Assembly (NCBI RefSeq): GCF_009914755.1
Contig: NC_060932.1
Length of the DNA: 64,000 bases
Reading direction: 5' to 3' (one strand)
From: the human T2T-CHM13v2.0 reference genome, Homo sapiens
Shown here: one piece after another, positions 40,939-54,558 of the stretch
Numbering within the stretch: the stretch's first letter is position 1
Layout of the letters: each line of letters begins with the position of its first letter
Notes under the pieces: generated by a model
The model's database searches: none
The model's input: the letters and a program-made list of their open reading frames with translations, nothing else
Told to the model about the DNA's origin: nothing
Made by a program: the position numbers and the translations under genes

Positions 40939-41732
40939 TCAACTTTCTTATACATTTTTCTATTGGGTTATATTTTTAAATGTTGGTTTCTAGGAGTAAT
41001 CTTAATATATTTTGGATATGTGCCTTTGTCAAGTATATGTGTTGCAAATATCTTCTCCCACTCTGAAATTTGACTTTTCACTCTCTTAATAGTTTTTTTT
41101 TAAAGTTTGTAGTCATTTTCTGAACAGAAATTCTTAATTTTAATGGAGCCCAATTTTTCAATTTGTTTCTTCATAATTGGATGTGAAGAAGTATTTTCAT
41201 GCATGAGGTATTGAAGTTATTCTCCTGTGTTGTTTACATATGTTTCACATTTATGTTGATAATAAACTTGGAATGAATTTTGTTTGTGGTATGAGATAGG
41301 CATTGTGCCTGTAATTTTATATTTGCCTATCTAGATTCATTTTTTTCATTCTTCACCCTCTTCTCTGCTCAAGGAAGCAGACCTGTCATTTATAGGTAAG
41401 TGTGACTGATGTAGCTGAGGTGTAGGAATTTCTTTGTCTGATAGTGCTCAGGAATTAAAGTCTACCATGATAGTCCTGATGCTAGATTCATGTCAGTTAT
41501 TCCTGACAGCCCTCTAGGAAGTCTCTTCAGAAATTTCCCTATCATAATTTGTTGTTGTTGTTGTTGTTTTTCTTTCTTTGCTCATGCTGTTACTGTAAGA
41601 ATGCCAAACCTGGTAGAGTTTTGGCGCATACTTGGTAGTGAACAGTTATTTTTCTATGAATTAAATATAGGAAAATTCTGTATGTCCCTGTTATTCCTTT
41701 GGATATCTTTCATGAAGAAATATTTGACTGTG

Positions 41733-42035
<303 letters not shown>

Positions 42036-42295
42036 AAGAAATATTTGACTATGTCAGTTGGGCAGAAAACTTCAAATATTTGGATACTTTGAGATTTCTT
42101 TGTAAATTTTAATGTTAGAGACACCCCTCAATTCAACAAAGTATCCAGTAGTTCACTGAGTCACATTTACGTTTATTTAGATTCCTTAGGCCATAATAAT
42201 TTCATCCTACATTTCCACCTGGATCCATCATAGATTGCATGTCAGCTGACATTTTGAAGAAAAAACAAATACAAGAGATTAAGGTTATTTTCTTC

Positions 42296-42305
42296 TTTAT
42301 TTATT
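42296..42305 (-). terminator. CALB1 polyadenylation signal (overlapping AATAAATAAA)
   Basis: tttatttatt on the + strand, about 1.55 kb past the CALB1 stop, followed on the - strand by U/GU-rich sequence. Confidence 0.7.
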
Positions 42306-43843
42306 CTTAGTAGTTAAATTCAGTCTAATGGCAGTGCTTCCATTTACACGCTAAAGGCAAAGCCAATCTCCCACTCAACATCATTTGTTGAATTTTAGTT
42401 TTTGGCAAATCTCGTTTCTGTTTGTTCTTGAGGGAAACATTATAGCTCACATTTTTTGGTTATTTTTATGAATTCAGAAAATAAGTGTTGAATTTATAGA
42501 ATGGGGACATTCAAGCTGACCCAGAACGATCATTAACTCCTAGGCAGTAACTGTAAATTTCACATGGACACATCTCTCATAGCTCCCTGTTTCACAATCA
42601 AAGAAATCTAAAATCACCAACTGTTACATATCAACTATAACCAGTATAGGATATTCTAGCTACAAATATGTGAAACTGACTTAGATGTATGTTAAAGAAT
42701 GTTTTAGAATCTTCTTGCTAGATAAGATAAATGATTACATTAGCATTTCTTTTCAGATGTTATTTTTTTAAACTCATTTGAAACTATTTGCAGATAGAAA
42801 TAGAACTATTTTGAATGCTGATCTCAATATGAAATATAGAATCCACAGAATACACAAAAGTATTGATGATATAACATTCAATAATCAGGATGCTATGAAT
42901 TTTACATTAAAATTTAATTATGTAGTAAAAAATAGAGTTGTTATAGCTAGAAAAAAATATTTTCAGAGGCAGCAGATACCCTTGGTGGAAATGAACAGTT
43001 CTACATAGAAAGAAAATCCAGGAAGTATGCAAACTAGACACCAGGATATGCAGTATATTAAATTTAATCAGAGATTACACAGAGTATGACATAAAACAGC
43101 AGTTGACTAGAATAATTTGCAACACATGAAAACAGTTTAGAAAATGGATTTAGGTCATATTCTCTGACAGTAAGTTTGTTGGAAATACAGGCATAGAATC
43201 AGACAGATTTATGTGTCATCTGGTGCTCCCTTCCCTTGTCACATCAACTTGAACCGATAGTTTTGTATGGATCCAAGCAGTAGACATGCTGTTGATTGGT
43301 AAACTAAATCTGTAATGAGACTGTTAACTTCATAAAGCCACAATTAACTATATTTTGGTGAGTATTTTAGATGGAAAAGCACATTCCTCCTAATAGTTAG
43401 AAATAAGCTTAGAAATATTTTGTGGGACAGTTCTATGGTTGTCTAAAATAAGAATGTTTGGCTTGTTATACATAATTCCATTATTCAGTGACAAATGTGC
43501 ATTTGCAAATCAGAGACTAGAATTTTAGAGATTAATCCTGGTGGAATTTTTAGGGAAATCTTGTTCAACTATATTTGTGAAAGCAAGAATATGTTATTTT
43601 TTAAAATTGGGTGTACTGACTGGCCTAAGCATAGACTTTCTTCTTTTCAATCATATGGTTACAAAAACTGTATATTACAAACAGTATAGAAACAAGCTGA
43701 AAAGAATGAGCCACACATCCTGGATAATTATCTATATGCAGTTAAATTTACAGATATAAAAGAAAATACAGCCTACTCCCTTATAGTGCACAGTTATTTT
43801 TTAGATACAGTGTATCACTAGCAAGTGGTTGCGGCCACCAACT

Positions 43844-43957
43844 CTAGTTATCCCCAGCACAGAGAATAAGAGCAAGATCCGTTCGGTACAGCTTCCCTCC
43901 ATCCGACAAAGCCATTATGTTCTTCTTGTATGTTGTAATATTATTAATATCCAGATC
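43844..43957 (-). CDS. CALB1: CALB1 exon 11, coding part (stop TAG)
   Basis: Reverse complement cag|GAT CTG...AAC TAG; [37 protein letters not shown], the calbindin-D28k C-terminus. Confidence 0.98.
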   Translation of the reverse strand, partial: DLDINNITTYKKNIMALSDGGKLYRTDLALILCAGDN

Positions 43958-44299
43958 CTGTACAGAATATAAATGGCATTGTAATCCAGTTAAATATGGA
44001 AGTTAATTAACCACTGTCAAGTGATAAAATGTGAGATGAAACTACTTGTTACATCAATCCATTAACAAAAGAGCTGGATTAAATTCTTATACAAATGTGA
44101 ATAATCACAAGGTTGTTTTTAAAATCTATTTATCACAGTTACCCTGATTTAGGCCAGAACCAAATTGAGTTAAGAATTGAATTCTATTTCTGCTCCTCTA
44201 TAAATTGTTAAAGTAGATTTCCAAAATGGATGTGCTGTTGGTTTTGGATGGATCCACAGAGTCTGCTTAAAGAAGTAAGTGCCATGGTAACTAAGTTAC

Positions 44300-44371
44300 C
44301 TGTTTATTCTTCTCGCACAGATCCTTCAGTAAAGCATCCAGTTCATTTTCATCTATGTATCCATTGCCGTC
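44300..44371 (-). CDS. CALB1: CALB1 exon 10 (72 nt), EF-hand loop
   Basis: cccag|GAC...CAG|gtaac; [24 protein letters not shown]. Confidence 0.98.
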
Positions 44372-45077
44372 CTGGGGGAGGAGAAATAAAATAGTATACA
44401 ACCAACTCCATCTACAGTAGTGGGAAATGAAGTAAAATGGAAATAATTGGAATCCTTAGAAAGTCTCCCAACTGCATACTTGGCAGATAATCTGTTATGT
44501 CAGGCCACCCAAGTTTTTAGCTGCTCCAAAGCTGTAAAATATGCAAGGTATTAGTTACTTCTCATTCAACACCTTACATTTGTAAAAGATCTTGAACTTT
44601 TCAAAGTACTTACACATGTAATTCACTTAATGTTAATAATATCTTCTAGGACAAGTGAGGAAACTGAGGGCTGAGGAAGGTATGTGGCTCTATGTCACAC
44701 CAGGGTGTGGCAGAGTTCTGCTAGAGCTCACAGGTCCAGGAGTAAACAAATTAGAAGCAAAGGATGTGACCTAGTGACATCACAAATAACCTTTATTTTG
44801 CTGGATATTTTCACCTAGCTTAATCCTCATTCAATCCTGCAAAGTGGTGTTATTATTATCTCTTGTTTACAAATGAAGAAATTGAGGCTCACATGAGTTT
44901 GGTATCTTGTTCAAAGTCTCAAAGCAGGTAAATGATAGTGTGGGATTCGAATCAGGAGTTTGTGTAATTTGGGCATACCGTATTACCTTTCCTATGAAAA
45001 GAAGGAGTTATTTGTGTAATTTTCATAATCGTTTTTTCCAAATTCTGAAGAATCAAATTATAGATAAGAACAAAATT

Positions 45078-46755
45078 TTAAGGCATCCAAATTGGAAAGA
45101 GAGAAGTTAAATTATCCCTGTTTGCAGATATTATTTTTATAGAGAGAAAACCCTAAAGACCTCACAAAAACTGTTGGAATTAATAAACAAATTCCATAAA
45201 GTTGTAGGATGCAAAATTAACAATCAGAAATTAGTTATGATGATAAACTATCTGAAATGGAAATTAGAAAATCCCATTTACAAGAGCACCAAAAGAATAA
45301 AATACTTAGGAATAAAGTTAACTGAGAGGAAAAACTTATACACTAAAAATCATAAAATACTGATGAAAGAAGTTAACAGAGACACAAACAAATGGAAAGA
45401 CGTCCTGTGTTTATGAATTGGAAGGCTTAATATTGTTAAAATGTCTATATTACTCAAACACATCTACAGATTCAGTGTAATCACTTCCAAAATCCCAATG
45501 GCAATATTTATAGAAATAAAAAAACCCTAAAATTCATATGTAACCACAAAAGATCCCAAATAGCCAAAAACCATCTTGAGAAAAAAGAATAAACCTGGAG
45601 ACATCACACTTCTTGATTTCAAAATATATTACAAAGCTACAATGATTAAAACAGTATAGCTCTGAAACAAAAATCGAAACATAGACTAATGAGCTCTCAG
45701 TTTCACATGTTATAGTCAACTGATCTTTGATAAGGGTGCCAAAAACACAAAATGGGACAAGGATAGCTTTTTTCAACAAATGGTGTTAGGTAAACTATAC
45801 AGACACATGCAAAATAATGAAATTGGACCCTTAGCTTACACCATATAAAAAATAAATTCAAGATAGATTAAAAACTTAAATATAAGATCTAAAACTGTAA
45901 AACTCCTAGAAGCAAACAAACATAAGGGAAACCTTTATGACATTGTTCTTAGCAATGATATTGTGGATATGAAACCATAAGCAAGGACAACACAAGCAAA
46001 AATAGACAAGCGAGACTACATCAAACTAAAAAGCTGCACAGCAAAGGAAACAATCAACAGAGTGCAAAAGCAGCCTACAGAATGGGAGAAAATATTTGTA
46101 AACCACATCCCAAAAAGGGTTAATTTCCAAAATTTATAAAGAACTCCTGTAACTCAATAGCAAAAAATGAATAATTCAATTTAAAAAATGGGTTAATGAC
46201 TTGAGTAGACACTTATCCAAAGAAGGTATATAAATGGCCAACAGGTAATGAAAAAATGCTTAACATCACTAATCAGAGAAATAAAAATTAACAATAAGAT
46301 ATCTCCTCACACCTATTAGAATGGCTATTATCAAAAAGATAAAAGACAAGTGTTAGTGAGAATGAAGAAAATTGGAACTCTTGTATACATTGGTGGGAAT
46401 GCAAAAATGGTGCATCCACTATGAAAAACAGTATGGAGAGCCCTCAAAAAATTAAAAATAGAACTGCATATGATCAATCAATCTCAGCACAAGACAAATT
46501 CTGCATGATGCCACTTGTATGAGGTATCTAAAATAGTCACACTCATAAAGTAGAATGTTATTGCCAGGGCTGGGGGAAGGAGAAATGACGAGTTACTCAT
46601 CAATGGGCATAAAGTCTCAATTATATAAGATGGATAAATTCTAAAGATCTGCTGTCAAGATTGTCTCTATAGTTTGCAGTACTGTATTTTATACTTAAAT
46701 TTTGTTAAGAGGATCTTATGTTGTGTTCTTACTTCAATAAAAAAGAAAGGAAAAA
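45078..46755 (+). mobile_element. Old L1M (MA/MB-type) ORF2-3' end with internal deletions, in CALB1 intron 9
   Basis: ORF 45174..45416 is L1 ORF2-like ([17 protein letters not shown]); A-rich tail at about 46737-46755. Confidence 0.85.
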
Positions 46756-46770
46756 GTAACAAACTTTTAC

Positions 46771-46824
46771 CTGATCATACAGCTCAAAAGCCTTATTGAA
46801 CTCTTTCCCACACATTTTGATTCC
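46771..46824 (-). CDS. CALB1: CALB1 exon 9 (54 nt)
   Basis: tttag|GGA...CAG|gtaaaa; GIKMCGKEFNKAFELYDQ. Confidence 0.97.
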
Positions 46825-46951
46825 CTAAAGATAGAGAAGAGAGTAAATGTTAAAATGTTATTACTATGTTTCAGTATGTTTCCCTTGACAAGTCTCCCAC
46901 ATTCTAGCTTTTCAAGGAAAATATTATTTAAGGTAGTAAAAAGTTAAGTAC

Positions 46952-46991
46952 CTGGAATTTAAGAAGAAAATTCTCCTGCACTGGTAGTAAC
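46952..46991 (-). CDS. CALB1: CALB1 exon 8 (40 nt)
   Basis: aaaag|G TTA...CAG|gtactt; (R)LLPVQENFLLKFQ. Confidence 0.97.
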
Positions 46992-47076
46992 CTTTTGAGA
47001 GAAAAACATTATATTAATATATTACATTTTTTGAAAAGGATCCACTTACAATATTTTTCATGGTTCCTAAACTCAC

Positions 47077-47132
47077 CTGGCCATCTCAGTTAATTCCAGC
47101 TTCCCATCATTATTTGAATCAAATAGTTTCAG
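47077..47132 (-). CDS. CALB1: CALB1 exon 7 (56 nt), EF-hand loop
   Basis: ttcag|CTG...GCC AG|gtgagt; LKLFDSNNDGKLELTEMA(R). Confidence 0.98.
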
Positions 47133-49568
47133 CTGAAAGACAGAATGCCATTATTCTAGCTATTTGAGGAATAATTTATTGCATGAAGGAGATGAACTTC
47201 AAAATAAAGCTGTTTGAGTTATCAACTACTTGTATATATGCAGTAAAATTTTAAAAACTAGCATTTTTAAAACTTTCAATGCAAATTTTCAATTCTGTAA
47301 TGTGTCCATTGCTAGAGTTTATCAGAATAATATAGAATAGTCAAACAGAGAAATAGTGGTTTTAGCTATGTTTCTAGAATACTGTCACTTTTTTATTGCA
47401 AATACGTTCATATGTGTATCAAGATGTGGGAGGGATGGTGTCTGACAGTTTTTGCACATCTGGAATCTCTCCAATAAGAAAATAAATATTTATTTCACCC
47501 TTTTAGAGCATAGAATACCACAAACAGAAGCAGAAAACAGATGACAAATAAATCCTTACAGAACAGAATTTTTGAATAATTTTGAATTGTTTTATTTTCT
47601 ATTGGGTATTAGAAACTCCATAAAGCTCTCCAACTCTCCACTGCACTTATATATACGTCATTCACAAAGACACATCCAGATGTAAACACACTCATACCCG
47701 TATTTGGGAAGCATTCACCTTTTTAGATAGTAGCAACTATTGCTATAATATGTTATACCAAAGTAGTATATATGAATTACATTAAATATATAAAATGTGT
47801 ATACTAAATGAACACTAAATATGTGAAAAATTAACATTATTTTTGTTTTTAAAGAACAGAATGTGTCCAGTGTTATAATGGATATAGATTTAGTGACATC
47901 TTTTTAAGAAGGAAAGGAAGGGCATTCTGTGGTTCGAGGTATTCTAAGAATCTTTTGTAGGAGGCAGATTTTTTTCAGGATCCCATGCTGACAAAACATT
48001 TTATAATCCATTGACCATAAATTCTGATATTGTCACACTACCTACCAAGATACTGGACAGCTCGATTACTTAGTTTTGTGCCCATGGGGAAATATTTCCC
48101 AACATATATATTTAAATTTTAATTAGCTCTCGATTAATTTGCTTCCTGGATTTGAACTGGTTTATGACATTTAATCAGATATGTCAGGCCAATCCAACAG
48201 AGGGAAACTCCCATCTGAGTGGGTTTTGAAAGGCTGCTTCAATATTCTACCTGGAAAGGAGCCTTTCTTTAAATAGGCATCCCTTAAGATTGGAACAAAA
48301 TAGAAAATTGATAAATGTAGGTTATTGTCCATTACCTAAAAGTTATTCAGAGCTTAGACCTGTTGATTGTGACACATAGCAAGAAACTCTCCCCCATTTG
48401 TTTGCTAGTGCTATTGTAAGTGGAGATGTAATGAGGAATTAAAGATGACCATGAAAACCTTTTTGGTTGTTTTGAAATTAAAGCTTAGCCCCACCTTATA
48501 ATAAATAACACTAGTTAGTGAATAAGGCAATAGTAAAGTTCTAGTAGTTCCCCCTCCCCAACCCAGATAAAAGTAAGCTGAGATGCTGAAAGCAAACCTC
48601 AGTTACATCAAATATAATCAAACCCTTTATTAGATTGTTTCTCAGAGTAATTAAAAAGTCTAACTCCTTCTTCAATCTAATATAACAGTAGCTTTTATAG
48701 TATAGAGCCATGTTTATGGTTTATTGATGTAAATCCATGGAGTAAGAATTCACAGTACCTTCACAGTACTGAAAGCTGTATAAATATATCTATCTCCTGG
48801 TAATCCTAATTCTGTGATGAGTCAAAATGAGCAAACTTCGTCCAATAGAAACTAACTTCATAGACATTGGTTTATTTTATCTGGAACCTTATTTATCTGC
48901 TCTTTTTTTTTTCCTGAAACAGTAAGTGCCTATGTGTAAAGCAGTTTTCTTGGCTCTATTATCAACATTCTATAATTGATCTTAGTTGTCACTATTTACC
49001 ATAGCATCAACCTTAGGGCATATTTAGATTTCCTCATTCAAAGCACCAATACAAAACCCCAAAACAACAAAAATCAAAAGAAAGAAGGAGACCCATTTTA
49101 ACTTGCTTAATTAATAAAGTAGCTAGATGGTCTCTTTAAACTCAACAAAGTGTGATTTCCCAAACTATGATAAAAATGGATTTAGGAACTCTATAATAAG
49201 TGAGTTTTTGGTGATATAATTTATATATATATAGTGTACCTTATATATGTGTAAGTTATATAATTTAGTGATATAATTACACTGGCTTTGGAAGCAAAAC
49301 AAGTCATCTTTTGATAGATAAAAATTACACAGCTCTACAAGGAAGAAAATGCTCATATGTTGAGTCTTAAAGCCAATGCCTGCAGAACTCAAAATGACAA
49401 GATGTAAGCATCCCTAAGTATTTCACTTTTCAAATGAAATGATACCTATGTGCATATGATGCCCACACCACCGTTTATTTATTTCATCCTGTGTAGCCTT
49501 GGGAGTTAGCAAGAACATCATACTACTTCATGAGCTCTTGGGTACAATCTTTTCAAGATCAGTCTTAC

Positions 49569-49646
49569 CATTAGGTCTGTATACTCGGCTAATTTTGTGT
49601 CATCAACAGTCTTGTTTGCTTTTTCTAGCAGGTCCTTTAGAAAGTT
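49569..49646 (-). CDS. CALB1: CALB1 exon 6 (78 nt)
   Basis: aacag|AAC...ATG|gtaaga; [26 protein letters not shown]. Confidence 0.98.
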
Positions 49647-52600
49647 CTGTTAAAACAAAGAACACTTAGATTAATTTCATTAATAATATATCGTCTACTT
49701 TCATTTCAGAATGCCTTGGAACAGGACATACCAGGAATGCAAAGAAAGTCTCCTTTTGAGGGGTAGAAGCAGGTGAGTAGAGGAACTTATAATAGAAGAA
49801 AGACTAAACCAGGTTGTCCTCCTGGCATTCCAGCAATGAAACTACCTTTGACAGGAATAATACCTGCTTTTTACTGAGACTTGATTGATCATTGTCTGTG
49901 CATTACCATGACTTTATGATTTCAATTAACCTGAATAAAACCTTTTAAAACCAGCCAGCCCAATGGATGCATTTCTTCTTACTGATATCTTCACAAGTAC
50001 TCATTGGATTGTTCTGCAAGAAACACAAGGGCCTTTATACCTTTGGAATATTGTGAAAAAATATCAGTAAACCAAATAGAGATCTATCCCTAATTTCAAA
50101 TCCATTTTCTGCTCCCCAGGCTGTATTTACACATTAGTTTATAGCCAGCATGATGCTTATTTCTCCAGAGGGCCAGTTGGGTAGTTTTTAGCCTAATGCA
50201 GTCCAAAGCACTTTGGTTAAAATGCTTCCACTGACTATTTAAATTAACAAAATTGGCCACAGTTGATGTCATTGAATCTTTGAAAGATATATGAATCATA
50301 TTAAAATAGAGATTAATGTGGGAAGGATGAAAAAAAGATGATTATTAACTTGACACCTGGAGCTTAGGAATGAATTTAAGTTTTTTTAACAGAAACATAA
50401 ATAAAAGCTTTACAAAGATTTGCCATATAAGTGACAGTGTAAGCACTTTATAATAGTCATTCATTTTGTTTAGTGCTATTCATTCGTAACTCCTTTATTT
50501 TCTCAGAAAATGAATTAATGCAATTAGGAAAAACTAGGCAGATACTGTGCCCAGATATTATTGAAGGATTAGATTTCTTTGATTTAGCAATGACTTATCT
50601 CTCTCCTAAATGTTCCAGTTCTGGGCTGATTTGATGCCACTTTTTTAAAGGAAAGAGACTCTTTTCTTAGTTTGATAAAAATTTTTTACTTCAAATATTC
50701 CACTTCAAATCCAAAGTGAAGCATGGAAAATTCAAAGTTATCTGTTGGGGTTGAATTTTATTTTTGAGCCTTCTGGGGCTTTTGTCAGAGATTAATTGGG
50801 TTAAAAAGCCTCATCAGAGACTAAAATGGTGGTCACAAAAATAGCCTCGGAGAAACCTTGGGACGCAGAGATTCAAAGTCGTGTCTGAGAGCAAGTGATG
50901 TTTTACTCTATTATGGATCTTAAAATTAGCTTTCTTGAAAGATCCATTAAAAAAGAATGCCAACTTATCTTCAAAATTCCCCAGGGAAGAGGACTTCTAT
51001 TTAGAATCTCTTTCTGAGAATAAAATTTAGAACAAAGAAGGAGGCTTTTAGAATATTTAGAGGTCAGTATTGGAAATGAGCTAAGGTTTTCATTATGAAC
51101 TAAAAAGTATCTTTAAAAGAATATTTTTGGTCTAACTAATAAAATAAAAACACAGTGGCTTAACTGTCACCTTGTGGATTGCTGAGCTGCAAGTTTGTAA
51201 AATACACTGTTTTCAGTGACTTCACATTAAAAACGTTTACATTTTCAAGAGGATAAAATTGAGTATGTTTTAGCCATTTTGCCATGGCCCAAATGTCCCC
51301 GTTCCATCTTTAAAATTGTATGCTACTCAAACTATGTTGAATTATGACTAGAACTGTTGATATTCATATTTCCCCACATAGCAAAAGAGCAGCTCTTAAT
51401 AAATGAAGTCTGAAAGCATGTAGTGCTGTGGGGGTGGGGTGGGGAATCATTCTTAGCATTATCAGATATTCTAGGTACAAATCCAGGTTCTCTTCCTAGG
51501 CAGCTGTGTAATCTTGAAAAATCATCAAATCTCTCTGCATTCCAATCTCACTGTTTTTATATTAGGAGTGATAATACCTGCCTTGCATATTTTCTGTGAG
51601 GATTAAATTTTAAAATACACTTCAAGCACCTTGTACTCTGCCTGACAGATAGTCAGTAAATATTAACTCACTTATATTTTAGTCACTCTATGTTCTAAAA
51701 ATAGAAAAAGTAGGGTCTTTCAGATGGCGATGTTTTGGGGTCGGCTTGAGGAAATGAGAAGAATACTTCCATATTCCTGAAAGGCTAGTAAATTGAGTTC
51801 ATGAATAATATAATTTATTTTATGTTGCATGTCACAAAAGCTTTCATGTGCAGAATCTTACTGGAGCTTCACAATAAGCCTGAGAGGAAGGATTTATTAC
51901 ACTCATTTTAAAGATTAAAGAAAATTGGAAAGATATAGTAATTAATGAGTTAAGACTTGATTTCAGATCTCTGCCTTTTCCTTTATATCCTCCTCTGTGA
52001 TATCCGAAGTGATAAATTCATTCTCTAAGTTGCAGTTTTTCAAAAGTTTAATTTTAGAAGATTTTTTATTTTTTATCATCATTGCTGAGAGTCAGTAGGT
52101 TGTGTAGAATGTCTACAGGCCTTGGAGGCAGACAAGCCTGGATTTGCACATCAAGGCTCTGTCCGATTTCTGTGTGGCCTTCAGTATATCATTTAACTTC
52201 TCTCAACTCTTCCTCAATGGGGTAATACAATGTCATACAACTTACGCAAAGATTAAATAAGGCATTATGTGTAAAGTAGTTGGCATACAGTAGCTATTCA
52301 GTAACTTTTTCTTCTTTCTTTTGTAAGAAAATTTATATATATATGTGTTTATTTTGAGAACTAAAACTACAAATTTCAATAAAAGAATGGCTTATTCGGC
52401 TTATCTATAATTCTATCTGTCTGTCTGTCTTATATTTGTGTACACCACAAAAAATGTTAATTTTTTGCATTACTGTACAGAATTTCCAGAAGCAATTGAA
52501 GATGCTTTTTTGATCTGGTACTTCATTAACAATGTCGAAGAGTAGGTGAAAATGTGACACTGTTCAACATTAGTTTCTTTTGTGGGAGGTTTTTTAAAAA

Positions 52601-52668
52601 GCTAGGAAACTCTTAGTTCATAATTGCATCTGAAAGGAAAAACTTAGTACAAGTTTTTATTTGCTTAC

Positions 52669-52725
52669 CTTAAGCTCCTCAGTTTCTATGAAGCCACTGT
52701 GGTCAGTATCATATTTTCTCCATGT
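52669..52725 (-). CDS. CALB1: CALB1 exon 5 (57 nt), EF-hand loop
   Basis: tacag|ACA...AAG|gtaagc; [19 protein letters not shown]. Confidence 0.98.
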
Positions 52726-52824
52726 CTGTAAGTAATTTTGGATAAGGAAAACAAACACATTTTTAATAAAAGGAACAATTTTCCTACTTTAAGCAGCTTT
52801 CTTAAAGGGGCAGCTTTCTTATAC

Positions 52825-52908
52825 CTTCATGAATTCCTCACAGGACTTCAGCTGCTGGCATCGGAAGAGCAGCAGGAAATTCTCTTCTGTGGGTAATACG
52901 TGAGCCAA
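52825..52908 (-). CDS. CALB1: CALB1 exon 4 (84 nt)
   Basis: tccag|TTG...AAG|gtataa; [28 protein letters not shown]. Confidence 0.98.
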
Positions 52909-54504
52909 CTGGAAAAGATTTAAGAAGAGAGAAACGTGTTGTAAGTTGCTCAAAAACAAGTCTCTGCCATTACCTGCTGCTTAGTTTTTCTTCAACGTGT
53001 TCCCTCACAGGCTAGAAAAGTAGGAGAGGAAAAACATTAGAGTCGGCTTTCCCTTTCTGGTACTTTCCTATGGAGCGCTGTCGATTCTCCAACGCTCGTG
53101 TGCCCTTGTGTGCTTGGTTCTTTGGCCAGTGAGGTGGCCGCAGCAGACCTGTGCTCAGGTAGAACTAGCGTGGCCACTTCTTGTCTGCTGGACATTCAGG
53201 CAGATTCATCCTCGTGGCTTGAACCCTTCAAGTGTTCTATGCCACAGATTAGTGTTCTATGCCTCTCTCCTCTCTCCTCACAGGGTCACAGAAAGGCACA
53301 TGTGGGGGCCATAAATTTCATGTGAAGTGAAAGAAACCATGAGGAACATAAATGTTGGGGAGGGGAGTGAAGGGGGAAAATGTATTCCCAAGCCCGAGGA
53401 GAAAGCCTACCATGAGATACAAGAGAAGATAAACCAAAGACAATCGTAAGGCAATGGAAAAGAAATTCACCATGAATGGTGGGGCGTTAAACAGGAATAG
53501 GAAACGCCAGTTCTCAAATTGTTGCTTTCTGCTGAAAGGACATCCACTGCTTGAATCCAGGGCTGGGGTTTATTTTCTGATCTCCACGGCATGCCTCTAT
53601 GACATTTTCCCTTAGATCTCATTTCAAAACTTCAATCCTCCTCTCTTTTTTTTTTTTTTGGAAGAAAAAAGGATTCCATATCCCATTTTATGACTAATCT
53701 ATTGCGTACAGAGAAGGAAGGAGCTGGATTGATGGCTCCACTACAGATGTGAGATCTATTTCTGGCACAGTAGCTAATTAGCTGTGGTCCCCAGCAACCC
53801 CGAGCCATTTCTGGACTTCAGTACCCTCATCACTAAAACAAGGACTTGAAATAGAAGCCAGTGTTTCTTGAATATATTGGGTTCAAAACGCCTTCTGTTG
53901 GAAGCACTGCATTTTCACCATTAAATAATGAATCTACACACACTATATTTCATCTAATTTCCAGGATTTGATGAATTCCCTAGATCACGGGCATGGACGG
54001 ACCCTCATCCGTGGATTTTAGGCCAACAGCCTGTAGTCTAGATCAGCCTTAAAGTCAGAGTCAGTTCTAAAAGTTCTACCAAGTTATAGAAAATACTATC
54101 ATAACTTTTTTTAAAAAATTCATCCTTTTAGGTTCATTTAAAAATTTAATATTTAATATAAAATGCACTATTCTACTTTATATGCAAGGAATCTAATTTT
54201 TCTTATGCCTGTGTATGCCCTTTAGCTTATCTTATGTTTAGATTTTTGAAATAATATTTCAAATTAAAACCACTCGATTTATACGCACCACACATGTGGG
54301 TGAGACTAAGGGAAAGGGCCAAACCTTATGTCAACATGTTTAATATGACCTAGTTATAAAACATTTTCTTATTTATTTTTAAAGAAAGGTCACTAGTGTG
54401 GGTAGATGATAATATATCTAAAAAGTAAAAATGGGGGTTTATAATGTGCCAGTACTTTTAAAAAAATGTAATTAGCTTTTGGTACATAAACACATTTGCA
54501 TCAT

Positions 54505-54508
<4 letters not shown>

Positions 54509-54535
<27 letters not shown>

Positions 54536-54558
54536 AGTGTGTGTGTGTGTGTGTGTGT
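54509..54558. repeat. (GT)13 GA (GT)11 microsatellite
   Basis: Counted directly. Confidence 0.97.

Noticed and set aside
49205-49285. AT-rich stretch with GTGATATAATT repeated twice
   Set aside because: Low-complexity TA sequence, best explained by slippage.
51430-51444. G-quadruplex candidate GGGGGTGGGGTGGGG
   Set aside because: Only three G runs are present.
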